Shown in pieces: positions 19,713 through 29,479 of a stretch of 64,000 nt of DNA; position 1 is the first letter of the stretch; every line of letters starts with the position of its first letter. The notes beneath the pieces were generated by a model that was not told the DNA's origin, did not search any database, and saw only the letters and a program-made list of their open reading frames with translations. The DNA comes from an uncultured Mailhella sp. (GTDB lineage: Bacteria; Desulfobacterota; Desulfovibrionia; Desulfovibrionales; Desulfovibrionaceae), in assembly GCA_944322635.1 (NCBI GenBank), contig CALUPL010000045.1:1102-65101 (forward strand), in the 5' to 3' direction. The translations under genes were made by a program, and so were the position numbers.

Positions 19713-19753
19713 TTCTCTAGACTCAGGGAGCGAAAGCGCCCTTGTTTATGAAT

Positions 19754-19790
19754 GAAAAAAGGCGGTCTTCTTCGGAAGATCGCCTTTTTC
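19754..19790. terminator. Bidirectional intrinsic terminator between the MFS gene and hysA
   Basis: GAAAAAAGGCGGTCTTC-TTCG-GAAGATCGCCTTTTTC. Confidence 0.75.
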
Positions 19791-19912
19791 TTGCAATACG
19801 CTTTGCTGTGTGTCTGGAATTGTTGCCGCTTTTTCGATGAACGCCCTGTTTTGTGTTTACGGTTCCGATTCGTTTTGTATGGTAGTCCTGTCCACAGGGG
19901 AAACGATGGGTG

Positions 19913-21397
19913 CTATCGTCCAGAGCCGGAGGAATCGCTTTCTTTCGTGTGCATCACGTGCACGGCGCAGCCCAGTCACGGATCAAAGGCGCGTACCAGT
20001 CGCCCGGCATTGACGGGACTGTCTTCTTCCGGTACCGGCAGTCCCACGAGGGCTTCTTCCATGGGACCGCGCAAACCTGCATCGTCACGGGGCGAAGCGT
20101 TCCACAGAGTTGCAGGAAGCACCTGGTAGAAGCTCAGGCGTCCGTTTTCCACCCGCAGGCAGTGCATGAGAGAACCCCGCGGGGCTTCGGTGAGACTGTA
20201 TCCTTCGCCGTTCAGCAGTTTTGGCAGAGGCAGAAGAGGGTTTTCTCCGGGCACGAGATCGTCGAGCCATCCTTCCATGGCCTTGGCTACGAGCCAGGTT
20301 TCTTCGGCGCGTGCCAGATGGCGGCCCATGATGGAAAACACGAAGTCTTCGCCCAGTTCCCGGAAGGTGCGGGCCTTTATGCCAAGGTGCTTCGGCGCAA
20401 GTTCCCTGCCCATGGGAGAAAGTTCCATGTCGCCTATCCACATGCGGGCGTGAGGTCCTACTTCCATGGGCATTCCGTCGTAGCGCGCGGCTTTGGAAAA
20501 GCTGTAGGCTCCGGCTTTGCCCAGGTCCACGGCAAGGGGCGGAGCGCTGAAGGGACTGCCGCCGGATTCCGCCGTAAACCAGGAGTAGCGCACTTTTTCC
20601 ATGACTTTGAGCGGGTCGAATGGGTATTCCCTGCCGCCTGCCCACACGCCTGCGCGTATGGTCTCTTCGCCCGTGTCGGGATGGGGAAACACCCCCATGC
20701 ACATGGCCGTGGCCCAGCCTTTTCCCGTATGGGCAAGATCGGCATAGGTTTCCGAAAGCAGGTAAAGAAGCGGCACATAGCGCTTTTCCACGAATTCCCG
20801 CACGGTTTTGAGCCGGGAGCGGAACTCCTGAATCTGACCGGTCGTTGCCGGGGCGGACGTGCCTCCGGGCACTATGCCGTGCACGTGCGGCATTCGACCG
20901 CCGAAAATGGCCGCCATTTCGTGGCACAGTGCGCGTATGTCCAGCGATTCCAGATACTGGTCGAGCATCATGCGCGTGGCGGCTTCGCCAAGGCGCAGAT
21001 CGGGATGCTTCTGCCTGGGGGAGAAGGGCGGCATGGCCGGCCCCTGAAAAAAGTCCTGGCTGGAAAGCTGGTAGAAGCTGAGTATGTGGGATTGAAGGAA
21101 ATTGGCGCCCTGCATCAGGTTTCTGAGCAGTCTGCCTTCGCGCGGAGGAGTGAGGCCGGCTGCATTTTCCAGCGCCGTGCACGAGGCCAGAGCATGGGAA
21201 ACGGGGCATACGCCGCATATGCGCTGCACAATTTGCGGGGCGTCCATGGGATCGCGGCCGAGCAGTATGGTTTCAAAGCCCCGGAACATACCGCCGGTGA
21301 GCCAGGCATCCTGCACGATGCCGTTAGACACTTCCAGTCTGGCCTTGAGATGGCCTTCAATGCGGGTAATGGGATCTATGGCAATGAAAACGGCCAT
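19913..21397 (-). CDS. hysA: [NiFeSe]-hydrogenase large subunit containing selenocysteine (UGA at 19978-19976)
   Basis: TRIEGH, RGFE, QRICGVCP. Read-through of the UGA gives RAFDP-U-LGCAVH-VMHTKESDSSGSGR up to TAG at 19915-19913, restoring the DPUxxCxxH motif. Confidence 0.95.
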
Positions 21398-21450
21398 GTT
21401 TTCTCCCTTGCGTGTTGTCCTGGCCGCAGGCTCAGGGCGGTTGAAGTGGT

Positions 21451-22440
21451 TTACCAGAGATTTTTCTGATAGAAGGGGGATTGGCCGTCGGGAAAGTCCG
21501 GCTGCACGCATCCTATGCACAGGGCGTTTTCCACACACCAGTTCACGCGTCCGTTCCAGCGTCTCAGAGGAGAGTCGCACCAGGCTCCGGGCCCCTTGCA
21601 GCCTATGCCGTAGCGGCATCCGGCCTTGTCCGTGAGGCTTTTGGCCATGGTTCCTTCATCGAACAAATAGAGATAGGGGCAGTTTTCATGGGTGGTGCTG
21701 CCGTAGAAAACGCGGGGGCGTCCCCATTCATCGAGGCCTGTGGCCACTTCCTTCACGCCTTCGGCAAGGCCTTTTCTCTCCACGGCATCCAGCAGTAAAA
21801 GAATGGTGCCTACCATCCAGTCGGGATGAGGCGGACAACCGGGGATGTTGACCACGGGAGTGGCAATATTTTTCTTGCGGAAAAAATCTCCCACACCCAT
21901 GGCACCGGTAACGGCGCCGTGGGCTGCGCTCACACCTCCGTAGGCTGCGCAGCTGCCCACGGCCAGCACCACGGCCGCATGGGGAGCTATTTGCTCCAGA
22001 GTGGAGGAGAGGGGAAACTCCTCATGTCCGGCTTCGCCTATGACGCAGAAGCGTCCGTTCTCTTCGTCTGATACGGCTCCTTCCTGCACGAGCACGAAGC
22101 CGCCGTCGTTTTCCCGGGCGGAGCGCAGCATGAATTCCATGGCTCCTTCGCCTTCATCGGCCATGAGCGTGGGATGAAAGTCCATGCGGATGACATGAAG
22201 CAGCACTTCGGCAATGCGCGGATGCAGACTGTTCAGAATAGAGACGGAACAGCCGGTGCATCCCATGCCCTGAAGCCAGAATACCGGGGGGCGCACGGCG
22301 GTGAGCGTTTCGGCAAGAGCCTTCGCTGCACAGGGAGAAAAGGCGCCGCTCACGCCGCCTAAAGCTGCCGCCATGAGGGCGGATTGAAGAAATGTCCGCC
22401 GCAAAAGCGGCGCTTTTGTATCGGCTCTGTTGTTGCTCAT
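21451..22440 (-). CDS. hysB: [NiFeSe]-hydrogenase small subunit, Tat-exported
   Basis: LLRRTFLQ Tat motif, CTGCS, GSCAAYGG, PGCPPHP, HENCPY, GCKGP. NWCVENALCIGC has Cys at the medial cluster, as in NiFeSe enzymes. Confidence 0.93.
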   Translation of the reverse strand: MSNNRADTKAPLLRRTFLQSALMAAALGGVSGAFSPCAAKALAETLTAVRPPVFWLQGMGCTGCSVSILNSLHPRIAEVLLHVIRMDFHPTLMADEGEGAMEFMLRSARENDGGFVLVQEGAVSDEENGRFCVIGEAGHEEFPLSSTLEQIAPHAAVVLAVGSCAAYGGVSAAHGAVTGAMGVGDFFRKKNIATPVVNIPGCPPHPDWMVGTILLLLDAVERKGLAEGVKEVATGLDEWGRPRVFYGSTTHENCPYLYLFDEGTMAKSLTDKAGCRYGIGCKGPGAWCDSPLRRWNGRVNWCVENALCIGCVQPDFPDGQSPFYQKNLW

Positions 22441-22711
22441 GAAGTTTCCTCCCTCGGAAAGATTCCGTCCCCTGTCATGAAAAGCCTGCCGTACTCGTCG
22501 TGATACAGCCATGATTTTCCCTCGGATCCGGGGAGAGTCCGATCAAAGGCCTACGTGGGCAAAAGCAGGCCCCGTTGCTGGTTGGGAAGAAAAGGGAAGA
22601 AAAGTTTTTCGTCCGGGGACTTCGTTTTCTTTTTTTTGGAGCTCACCAGTAAGAGCGCGGTGGGAGGTGGGAAAGAGGCAACACTGCATTTTGAAATTAT
22701 ATTTTTTTCTT

Positions 22712-22730
22712 ATTGACAATCGTTCTTATT
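22712..22730 (+). promoter_or_regulatory. Putative PerR/Fur-type operator overlapping a TTGACA -35 element
   Basis: ATTGACAATCGTTCTTATT, an imperfect AT-rich palindrome 40 nt upstream of perR. Confidence 0.55.
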
Positions 22731-22770
22731 ATTGTTATTGAAAAATAACTAGTGATTTTGAGGTGCAAAC

Positions 22771-23208
22771 ATGTCCAAGACAAGGATGACGAACCAGCGT
22801 CGAATCATTCTTGAGGAGCTTCGCAAGGTGGACACTCATCCCACGGTTGATGAGCTGTACACCATAGTCAAGGCCCGCATGCCGCATATCAGCCTGGGGA
22901 CGGTTTATCGTAATCTCGATCTTCTGGCCGACATGGGCGAGGTATTGAAAATAGACTCTGCCGGCAATATGCGTCGCTTTGACGGACGAGTGGAGCCTCA
23001 TCGCCACGTGCGTTGCCAGGTGTGCGGGCGCGTGGCCGACGTTTTTACAGACGGGAAGGATGAACCCGGCATAGGTTCTCTTCGCGTTCCGGGTTTCAGG
23101 ATAACCACCGTACGGGTGGAATACGACGGCATTTGTGAAGAATGCGAGTGGAAGTCTGCCGCTGCGGCGGACGACATGCAGGAAGCGAATCAGAGGCGCG
23201 CCTGCTGA
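22771..23208 (+). CDS. perR: Fur-family peroxide regulator
   Basis: TNQRRIIL, HPTVDEL, ISLGTVYRNL, HRHVRCQVCG, C-terminal CEEC; directly upstream of rubrerythrin. Confidence 0.85.
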   Translation: MSKTRMTNQRRIILEELRKVDTHPTVDELYTIVKARMPHISLGTVYRNLDLLADMGEVLKIDSAGNMRRFDGRVEPHRHVRCQVCGRVADVFTDGKDEPGIGSLRVPGFRITTVRVEYDGICEECEWKSAAAADDMQEANQRRAC

Positions 23209-23242
23209 CGATCCCCCCTCTGCCACATCAGGAGAATCTGCC

Positions 23243-23806
23243 ATGAAATCTTTGAAGGGTACCCAGACCGAGAAAAATCTTCTCACCGCCTTTGCCGGGG
23301 AATCTCAGGCCCGCAACCGTTATACCTACTTTGCCTCCCAGGCCAAGAAGGACGGCTATGTGGAAATGCAGAAGGCCTTTGAAGAAATTGCCAATCAGGA
23401 AAAGGAACATGCCAAGCGTCTGTTCAAGTTCCTTGAGGGCGGCACCGTGGAAATTACGGCCAGCTATCCTGCCGGAGTCATCGGCAGCACTCTCGACAAT
23501 CTGAAGGCTGCGGCCGCCGGTGAAAACGAGGAATACTCCGACATGTATCCTTCTTTTGCCGACGTGGCCGATGCCGAGGGCTTCCCCGCCATTGCCGCCG
23601 TCATGCGCAACATTGCCGTGGCGGAAAAGCATCACGAAGCGCGTTTTCTTGCCTTCGCCGCCGCTATTGAATCCGATACCGTGTTCAAGTCCGACAAGCC
23701 CCGCGTATGGCGCTGTCAGAACTGCGGCTATGTGCATGAAGGCCTTGAGGCTCCCGAGTCCTGCCCGGCCTGTGCGCATCCCCGTGAATACTTCCAGGCT
23801 CTGTAA
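23243..23806 (+). CDS. rbr: Rubrerythrin
   Basis: AFAGESQARNRY, EKEHA, EKHH, rubredoxin-like CQNCG...CPAC. Confidence 0.96.
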   Translation: MKSLKGTQTEKNLLTAFAGESQARNRYTYFASQAKKDGYVEMQKAFEEIANQEKEHAKRLFKFLEGGTVEITASYPAGVIGSTLDNLKAAAAGENEEYSDMYPSFADVADAEGFPAIAAVMRNIAVAEKHHEARFLAFAAAIESDTVFKSDKPRVWRCQNCGYVHEGLEAPESCPACAHPREYFQAL

Positions 23807-24269
23807 TGAGCTGCGGCACGGAATGCGTGTCGGACACGGGAAAAGAGCATTTTTTCCGTGGAGCTTTGTATGGCGGGGAATGTCCTCCCATCCCCGGATG
23901 CGCGTTCCGGCGCCGTTTTGACACGGTTTTCATGTTTCCTCGGCTGTCTCCCCCCACTGTTCTTTTCAGGCGGAAGCGGAATGTCGTTTGAAAAGAACGT
24001 TCAGGGAGACCATCCCCCTGATTTTCGAATCGGGGGGATTTTTCATGTCGGAAAAGTTTATGAATGAAGCGGCTTCGGAAGGACGAAGGACTGTAAACCG
24101 GGACATTCCGGCAGTCTGGAGAAAGAGCGTGTTTCGATACCATGCGGCAAGATGAGATTTGTTGAGCTGCGGCAATGCCGGGGGCACGCTTTTTCAGAAA
24201 ACATTTCTGTGAAATATGCTGTTTTTTCTCTTGCCAAACGGAAAGAATAGAGGCATATTTTCCGCTGCT

Positions 24270-24345
24270 GGACCCGTAGCTCAGTTGGTAGAGCCCCCGG
24301 CTCATAACCGGATTGTCGTAGGTTCGAGGCCTGCCGGGTCCACCA
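24270..24345 (+). tRNA. tRNA with CAU anticodon, most likely tRNA-Ile2 (lysidine)
   Basis: 76-nt cloverleaf GGACCCG...CTCATAA...CGGGTCCA-CCA. G1-C72 is paired, so it is not an initiator, and it has the C4-G69/C5-G68 TilS determinants. Confidence 0.9.
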
Positions 24346-24360
24346 TTCTTCGGAATGAGA

Positions 24361-24399
24361 AACGGACATGGATGATTGTCACCCATGTCCGTTTTTTTG
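24361..24399 (+). terminator. Terminator after the tRNA
   Basis: AACGGACATGG...CCATGTCCGTT followed by a T run. Confidence 0.75.
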
Positions 24400-24545
24400 T
24401 GCCTCAAGATTTCCGCCTGCGAAGAGAGTTTGTCCGGCTGAAGAACAGCAGAGAGACTGGTGCCTTGAGGGGTACGAGCCGGGAAAAAAGAGAATGCCGT
24501 GGAGGAAGTGGCTTTCGCTTTGACCGGTTTCCGTTTGTCGAAGAA

Positions 24546-24594
24546 CAGCATGAAAAAAGGCGCGTCCCCAAAGGGCGCGCCTTTTTTCATGCTG
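24546..24594. terminator. Bidirectional terminator
   Basis: CAGCATGAAAAAAGGCGCG..CGCGCCTTTTTTCATGCTG long inverted repeat. Confidence 0.75.
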
Positions 24595-24609
24595 CTTTGT
24601 CGGGCAGGG

Positions 24610-25878
24610 TCATATTCTTTCGCATATTTTTTCGATGAAGCGGGACTTGAGCTGCTTTTGAGCCAGGGAGCGCTTCACGGCGGGCATCTTCAGAATGGCG
24701 CCGAGCACGCCGGCCAGCAGACGATGGCTGAACAGCATGCGGTTGTCGAAGATGAGATCCTGCAGATTGCCGCGTTCCGTGGCCATGACCACGGCGCGAT
24801 GTGTGGTGTTAAGAGGCGTGATGGTACGCTCGGGACGGGGAACGAGGGTAATGGCACCGTGATTGCAGCCGCGCGTGCACACGCCGCAGCCGAGGCAGAG
24901 TTCGGCATTGAAGTCGATGTGGCGGTTCCCGTCGGAATCACGTTCCATGGTGAGGGCGTTCACAGGGCAGAGCTGGACGCAGCGACCGCAGTTGACGCAC
25001 GCGGATTCATTTCTCTGCATGATGAAGTTGGAATGAATGGTCTGCGTCATCTGGAAGCGCTTCACAGCACCGAGAGCCTCGCAGCAGCAGCCGCAGCAGT
25101 TGCAGATGAAGTTCACGCCCTGGCGCACGTTTTCACCGAACTGCACGAGATTGTGCTCCCAGGCCTGATGCAGAAGCTCCATGCATTCGCTTTTGCTCAC
25201 CTCACGAGCATGGCCGTGTTTGATGAGGGAATGAGCCGCAGTGTTGAAGGTCATGCATATATCCATGGGAGCGTCGCAGGCCGTGCCGAGGTGCTGCTTC
25301 TTGTGTCGGCAGTAGCACATGCTTATGCCGCATTGAGAGGCCGTTTCGATGACATGCGTGGCGCGTTCCCAGTCGAGAATCTCCATGGCATAGGGTTCCT
25401 TCACCGTGGGTTCCTGTACGAACACGCGGCCGAGCCCCGTGTCGCCGGTGACGAACAGTTCGCGCATGAAGTCTTCTTCCACGTTGATGTACTGGTTGAA
25501 GAGTTCGGCGAGGGTTTTCTGATCAATGTCCTTGCGCACGCGCATCATGGAGAACTCGAAGAATCCGGCCATGGGCGGGGGCAGGCAGTACATCTGTTCG
25601 CCGTGATTGTCCATATCCACCAGCATGGCGCGACTGGCCAGATTGTCCAGAATCTTGTGAGCCTCCACTTCGGACATTTTCCAGCGTTTGGCAGCGTCGG
25701 CCGCAGTGAAGGGTTTAATGGGCATCTGCGCCACAAGGTCGGCTTCTTTTTCCGTGAAAAGCATTTTCAGGATGGAATAGAGCGTTTCCGATTCCGGCGC
25801 GCCCTGGGGAAAGCGGTTGAGTCTGTCGATCATGCGTCCGTAGGCGGACTGTTTTTCAAGCATGAGGTGATGTCCCAC
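24610..25878 (-). CDS. Cys-rich iron-sulfur protein with C-terminal 2x[4Fe-4S] ferredoxin domain, function unknown
   Basis: GTG start after AAGGAG; CYCRH, ICNCCGCCC, CVNCGRCVQLCP, CLGCGVCTRGC. Confidence 0.85.
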   Translation of the reverse strand: MGHHLMLEKQSAYGRMIDRLNRFPQGAPESETLYSILKMLFTEKEADLVAQMPIKPFTAADAAKRWKMSEVEAHKILDNLASRAMLVDMDNHGEQMYCLPPPMAGFFEFSMMRVRKDIDQKTLAELFNQYINVEEDFMRELFVTGDTGLGRVFVQEPTVKEPYAMEILDWERATHVIETASQCGISMCYCRHKKQHLGTACDAPMDICMTFNTAAHSLIKHGHAREVSKSECMELLHQAWEHNLVQFGENVRQGVNFICNCCGCCCEALGAVKRFQMTQTIHSNFIMQRNESACVNCGRCVQLCPVNALTMERDSDGNRHIDFNAELCLGCGVCTRGCNHGAITLVPRPERTITPLNTTHRAVVMATERGNLQDLIFDNRMLFSHRLLAGVLGAILKMPAVKRSLAQKQLKSRFIEKICERI

Positions 25879-26129
25879 AGGCAATCTCCTTGTATGGTGT
25901 CGGAGCGAGAGACCGGCCTTTTTCCACACGGGGAACCGGAAAGGAGGGAAAAAGGCTCTGCAATGCTGTGACGAAAAGCGGAAAAAGACGACTGTATGGT
26001 TTTGGACGTTCCGTCACGGCGCGGGTCATGTGCTCAATTTGGCAGACAGAGTGTAGCGCGTTGCGGAGAAACATCAAGTCCGACGCAGAGCTTTCGGAAA
26101 ATAAGCCGGGGAGTTGCAACGCTTTTTCA

Positions 26130-26153
26130 TATTGATATAATTTTGTATCAATA
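26130..26153. promoter_or_regulatory. 24-bp near-perfect palindrome, candidate operator
   Basis: TATTGATA-TAATTTTG-TATCAATA, AT-rich within a GC-rich intergenic region. Confidence 0.5.
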
Positions 26154-26246
26154 AAAGAAAAACATCTGGGCCGAGAAAAAAGCCGCGTCATGACGGCGCG
26201 GCCCTTGGTATCGAAAGGTTTGCTGAAAAAAGAGGGATGTTTTCGG

Positions 26247-27110
26247 TCAGGACTGCCTCTCGTTGCGCACGGAGGATACCACGACACTGACGACGAACCA
26301 GGCGCAGCTTACGAGAATGATGGTTGCGCCCGTGGCCGTTCCCATCCATGGCTGTACGGAAAGAGAAAGTCCCGCCACCGCGGAACTCAGACTCACAAGA
26401 ATGGCCCACCAGAACATGCCGCCTGCGCTGGAGGCAAGATTGCGGGCTGAAGCCGCCGGAACAATGAGCATGGCCGTTACGAGCAGAACCCCTACGCCCC
26501 ATACCGAGAACATGACCACAAGGGCGAGCAGAGCGGCAAAAAGGTACTCAAAAAAAGCCACAGGTACACGATGAGCTTTGGCTATGATGCTGCTGGTGCT
26601 CGAGTAGAGCAGTCTGTTGAAGGCGAATATCTGAAACAGGACGAACAGGACGAACAGAGCTATCAGCCAGCAGATATCCGTTTCCGTCATGGTGAGAATG
26701 TCGCCGTACAAAAACTGCTGAAGGTCGCGGGCTATGGTGTTGTTGCGGCTTACCACCGCAAGACCCGAGGCCACCACGGCGGAAAAAACCACACCTATGA
26801 CGGTGTCGGAGGGCAGGGCGCTGAACCTCTGCATGAACATGATGATGAGTCCGACGGCAAGCCCGAAAAGCGGCATGGAAATATGGGGATTCACGCCGAG
26901 AACCAGTCCTATGGCAACCCCCGCAAAGGCGGAATGCCCTACGGCGTCGGAAAAAAAGGCCATGCGGTAGCAGACCACCTGCACCCCCAGAGCAGCCGTC
27001 ATGGGCGCAAGCAGAACAAGGGCTACAAGCGCCTGCTGCATGAAGCGCATGTCCATGCCGTCCAGAGGAAAGAGGGAGGCAAGATGAAAAAGCCAGGAAA
27101 GATCAACCAT
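26247..27110 (-). CDS. znuB: Zn/Mn ABC transporter permease
   Basis: FFSDAVGHSAFAG, FLYGDIL, VGVLLVTAMLIVPA. Confidence 0.85.
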   Translation of the reverse strand: MVDLSWLFHLASLFPLDGMDMRFMQQALVALVLLAPMTAALGVQVVCYRMAFFSDAVGHSAFAGVAIGLVLGVNPHISMPLFGLAVGLIIMFMQRFSALPSDTVIGVVFSAVVASGLAVVSRNNTIARDLQQFLYGDILTMTETDICWLIALFVLFVLFQIFAFNRLLYSSTSSIIAKAHRVPVAFFEYLFAALLALVVMFSVWGVGVLLVTAMLIVPAASARNLASSAGGMFWWAILVSLSSAVAGLSLSVQPWMGTATGATIILVSCAWFVVSVVVSSVRNERQS

Positions 27111-27903
27111 GATGATGTTCTCCGCAGGGAGCGTTCTGCTCGTTTCCGGCAGGCATGGAGTGCAGATGATCCTGCGCGCATATGAGCCCCATGTGCATGC
27201 CGAAGAGAGTCTGCAGCACTTCGCCGGTAAGGACTTTTGCGGGAGGTCCCTGTGCGATGACGCGGCGTTTCAGGCAGATGACGCATGTGGCGTGATGAGC
27301 CACCATGCCGAGATCATGGCTGACCATGATCTGTGTGAAGCCTCTGCTTTTGCGCAGATCATCCAGAAGTTCGCAGAACAGTCGTCCGCCTTCGAAGTCC
27401 ACGCCTGCCGAAGGTTCGTCGAGAACCAGAAGTTCCGGATCCTGCTGGAGCGCCAGGGCAAGAAGCACTCTCTGCATTTCACCGCCGGAAAGAGTGCCCA
27501 CGCGTCGGCGTATGAGGTGGGTTGCGTGTACAAGTTCCAGCAGGGCTGTCGCCTGTTTTTTGGCATCGCGTGAAATGCCCAGCCACAGAGGGCGCTTCTG
27601 CACGCCCATGGACAGAAATTCCGCCACGGTGAACGGCATGCCTCTGTCGAGAACCAGTTTCTGCGGCACATAACCTATGCGCAGTCCCCGGCCTCCGCCG
27701 AGCGTAATGGAACCGCGATAGCTTACCTCGCCGAGCAGGGCGAGCAGAAGCGTGGTTTTACCCGCTCCGTTGGGGCCTATGAGTACGGTGCAGCTGCCCC
27801 GGGGCACGGAGGCGTTGACCTGATCGAGTATGTTGAGACCGCTTCTCGTCACGCTCACGTGATCAAAGACAATGGCGGGAGAGGCATCAGTTTCCAAGCG
27901 CAT
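27103..27903 (-). CDS. znuC: Zn/Mn ABC transporter ATPase
   Basis: GPNGAGKT, YVPQ, LSGGEMQR, LDEP, SHD; His-rich tail. Confidence 0.85.
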   Translation of the reverse strand: MRLETDASPAIVFDHVSVTRSGLNILDQVNASVPRGSCTVLIGPNGAGKTTLLLALLGEVSYRGSITLGGGRGLRIGYVPQKLVLDRGMPFTVAEFLSMGVQKRPLWLGISRDAKKQATALLELVHATHLIRRRVGTLSGGEMQRVLLALALQQDPELLVLDEPSAGVDFEGGRLFCELLDDLRKSRGFTQIMVSHDLGMVAHHATCVICLKRRVIAQGPPAKVLTGEVLQTLFGMHMGLICAQDHLHSMPAGNEQNAPCGEHHHG

Positions 27904-28792
27904 TCTCCAGTACGCGCAGATTTTCGCGCATGGTTTTTTCATAATAGTCTTCAGGGGCGTCGGCGGGGCCTCCGGCCACGGGATCCAGAGAAATGCAGGG
28001 AATTCCGGCTTCGGCGGCCAGGGTCCTGCCGGTGCGGGCAGGGTATTGCGGCTCCGTGATGACGGCCGCCGTCTTTTTTTCGCGCATGATGCGTACCAGA
28101 TTCAGCATTTCTCCGGCGGAGGGTTCCTGCCCCTCGTGCGGCTGAACCACGGCGTCCACGACGAGGTCCGCGTTGCGGGCCAGGTAGCTGAATATGTTGT
28201 GCTGAATCACCACGCCCCGGCCGGAAAACTTTCGTCCGAGAGCCGCGTAGTCGTCGGCCAGATCCAGAAGTGGTTTTCTGATTCGTGCGGCGTTTTCCCG
28301 GTACGTTGCTGCATTGTCAGGGTCTTTTTCGGCAAGCTGCCCGGCCAGAGAGTCGGCCATGGCGGCCATCATGTCGGGACTTGCGAAGGTGTGCGGGTTT
28401 TCACCGTGCCCGTGTCCCTCATGGCCCTCTTCATCCTCGGTCAGAAGGTTGTGCACACGGCTTGAAATGTCGAGGACAACGGCGCCTTCCTTCATGAGCC
28501 GTCCGGCTTTTCCGGGTTCGCCGAGAAAGCTTTCAAGTCCCAGTCCGTTGATGACGAGAACGTCTGCCCGGGCAAGCGTGCGCCTGTCCTGCGGAGTCAT
28601 GGAATAATCGTGCGGACAGCCCGTGCCGGCGGGCAGAAGCAGTTTCACGGTAGTATCGGGCACGTCCCTGGTCACCTGTCTGAGCAGAAGCCATACGGGA
28701 AAGACGGAGGCCACGAGTTCTCTGCCTGCAGCAAGAGCGGGTGAGGCAAAGCCCAGAGCCAGACAGAGCAGAAGGGAAAAAAAGATTTTCAT
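27887..28792 (-). CDS. znuA: Zn/Mn ABC transporter substrate-binding protein (cluster A-I)
   Basis: Signal peptide, PHDY, NGLGLE, His-rich loop GHEGHGHG, NPH. Confidence 0.85.
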   Translation of the reverse strand: MKIFFSLLLCLALGFASPALAAGRELVASVFPVWLLLRQVTRDVPDTTVKLLLPAGTGCPHDYSMTPQDRRTLARADVLVINGLGLESFLGEPGKAGRLMKEGAVVLDISSRVHNLLTEDEEGHEGHGHGENPHTFASPDMMAAMADSLAGQLAEKDPDNAATYRENAARIRKPLLDLADDYAALGRKFSGRGVVIQHNIFSYLARNADLVVDAVVQPHEGQEPSAGEMLNLVRIMREKKTAAVITEPQYPARTGRTLAAEAGIPCISLDPVAGGPADAPEDYYEKTMRENLRVLENALGN

Positions 28793-29479
28793 AGGGAATG
28801 TCCTGGAGAAAGAATGTTCCGCTGCAAGAATCCGTCGTGCGGCAAAAGAACGCCACGGCGTTGAAGCTTTTGTGCTTCACACGGTCAGGGCTGGTGCGGA
28901 CAGACAACAAAAGAGCTTTAACGGGCGGCTCTGTCAAGTCTCGAAAGAAAAGAGGCTCGTGAGGGGCCGGTTAGGGCTCATCGGAAAATCATGAGTATTT
29001 TACAGATGATATGAAGAATGTGACATGCCTGATGACGAAGAGCGGAAGGAGACGGGCGGCTTCGCCACTGATGAAGAACCGGACAGTGCCTTTGCCGCTT
29101 CTGCGAAGAGCATCTTGAGGCACGTCCATTGTACAGGGAGCATCCTGCAGACGGGAAGAATTTTTTGAAGAGAAATTTGTTTTTTTGTTCTGCCGGGCAC
29201 GGTTTGAAAGAAGAGAACAGGACGAAGATCATTCTATTCTTGGCGATGCGTCTGGTGTCGGCAGAACGTTTTTTCGTCTTTCCTGCGAACTCGGTATTTC
29301 TCCGGCAGTGCTGCACCCTGATTCGGGCTTTGCAACACAAAGAATAGAGCAGGCGTGGGCGTCTGCAGGACGTTATGCGACAGAACGGAATTCCGTTTCT
29401 GTTTCATGAGCCCGGCGGCAAAAGGGGGCGTTTAAAAAAGGGGCCTGGCCCTTCCGCATCGGAAGAGCGAAGGCTGGCA

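Noticed and set aside
19976-21619. Hydrogenase large subunit as a truncated pseudogene
   Set aside because: The UGA sits exactly at the Ni-ligand position of NiFeSe enzymes and is a Sec codon.
28793-29479. Small ORFs in long intergenic gaps (also 18056-18494, 23807-24269, 53921-54535)
   Set aside because: No convincing RBS, codon bias or motif. Small RNAs or peptides cannot be excluded without expression data.
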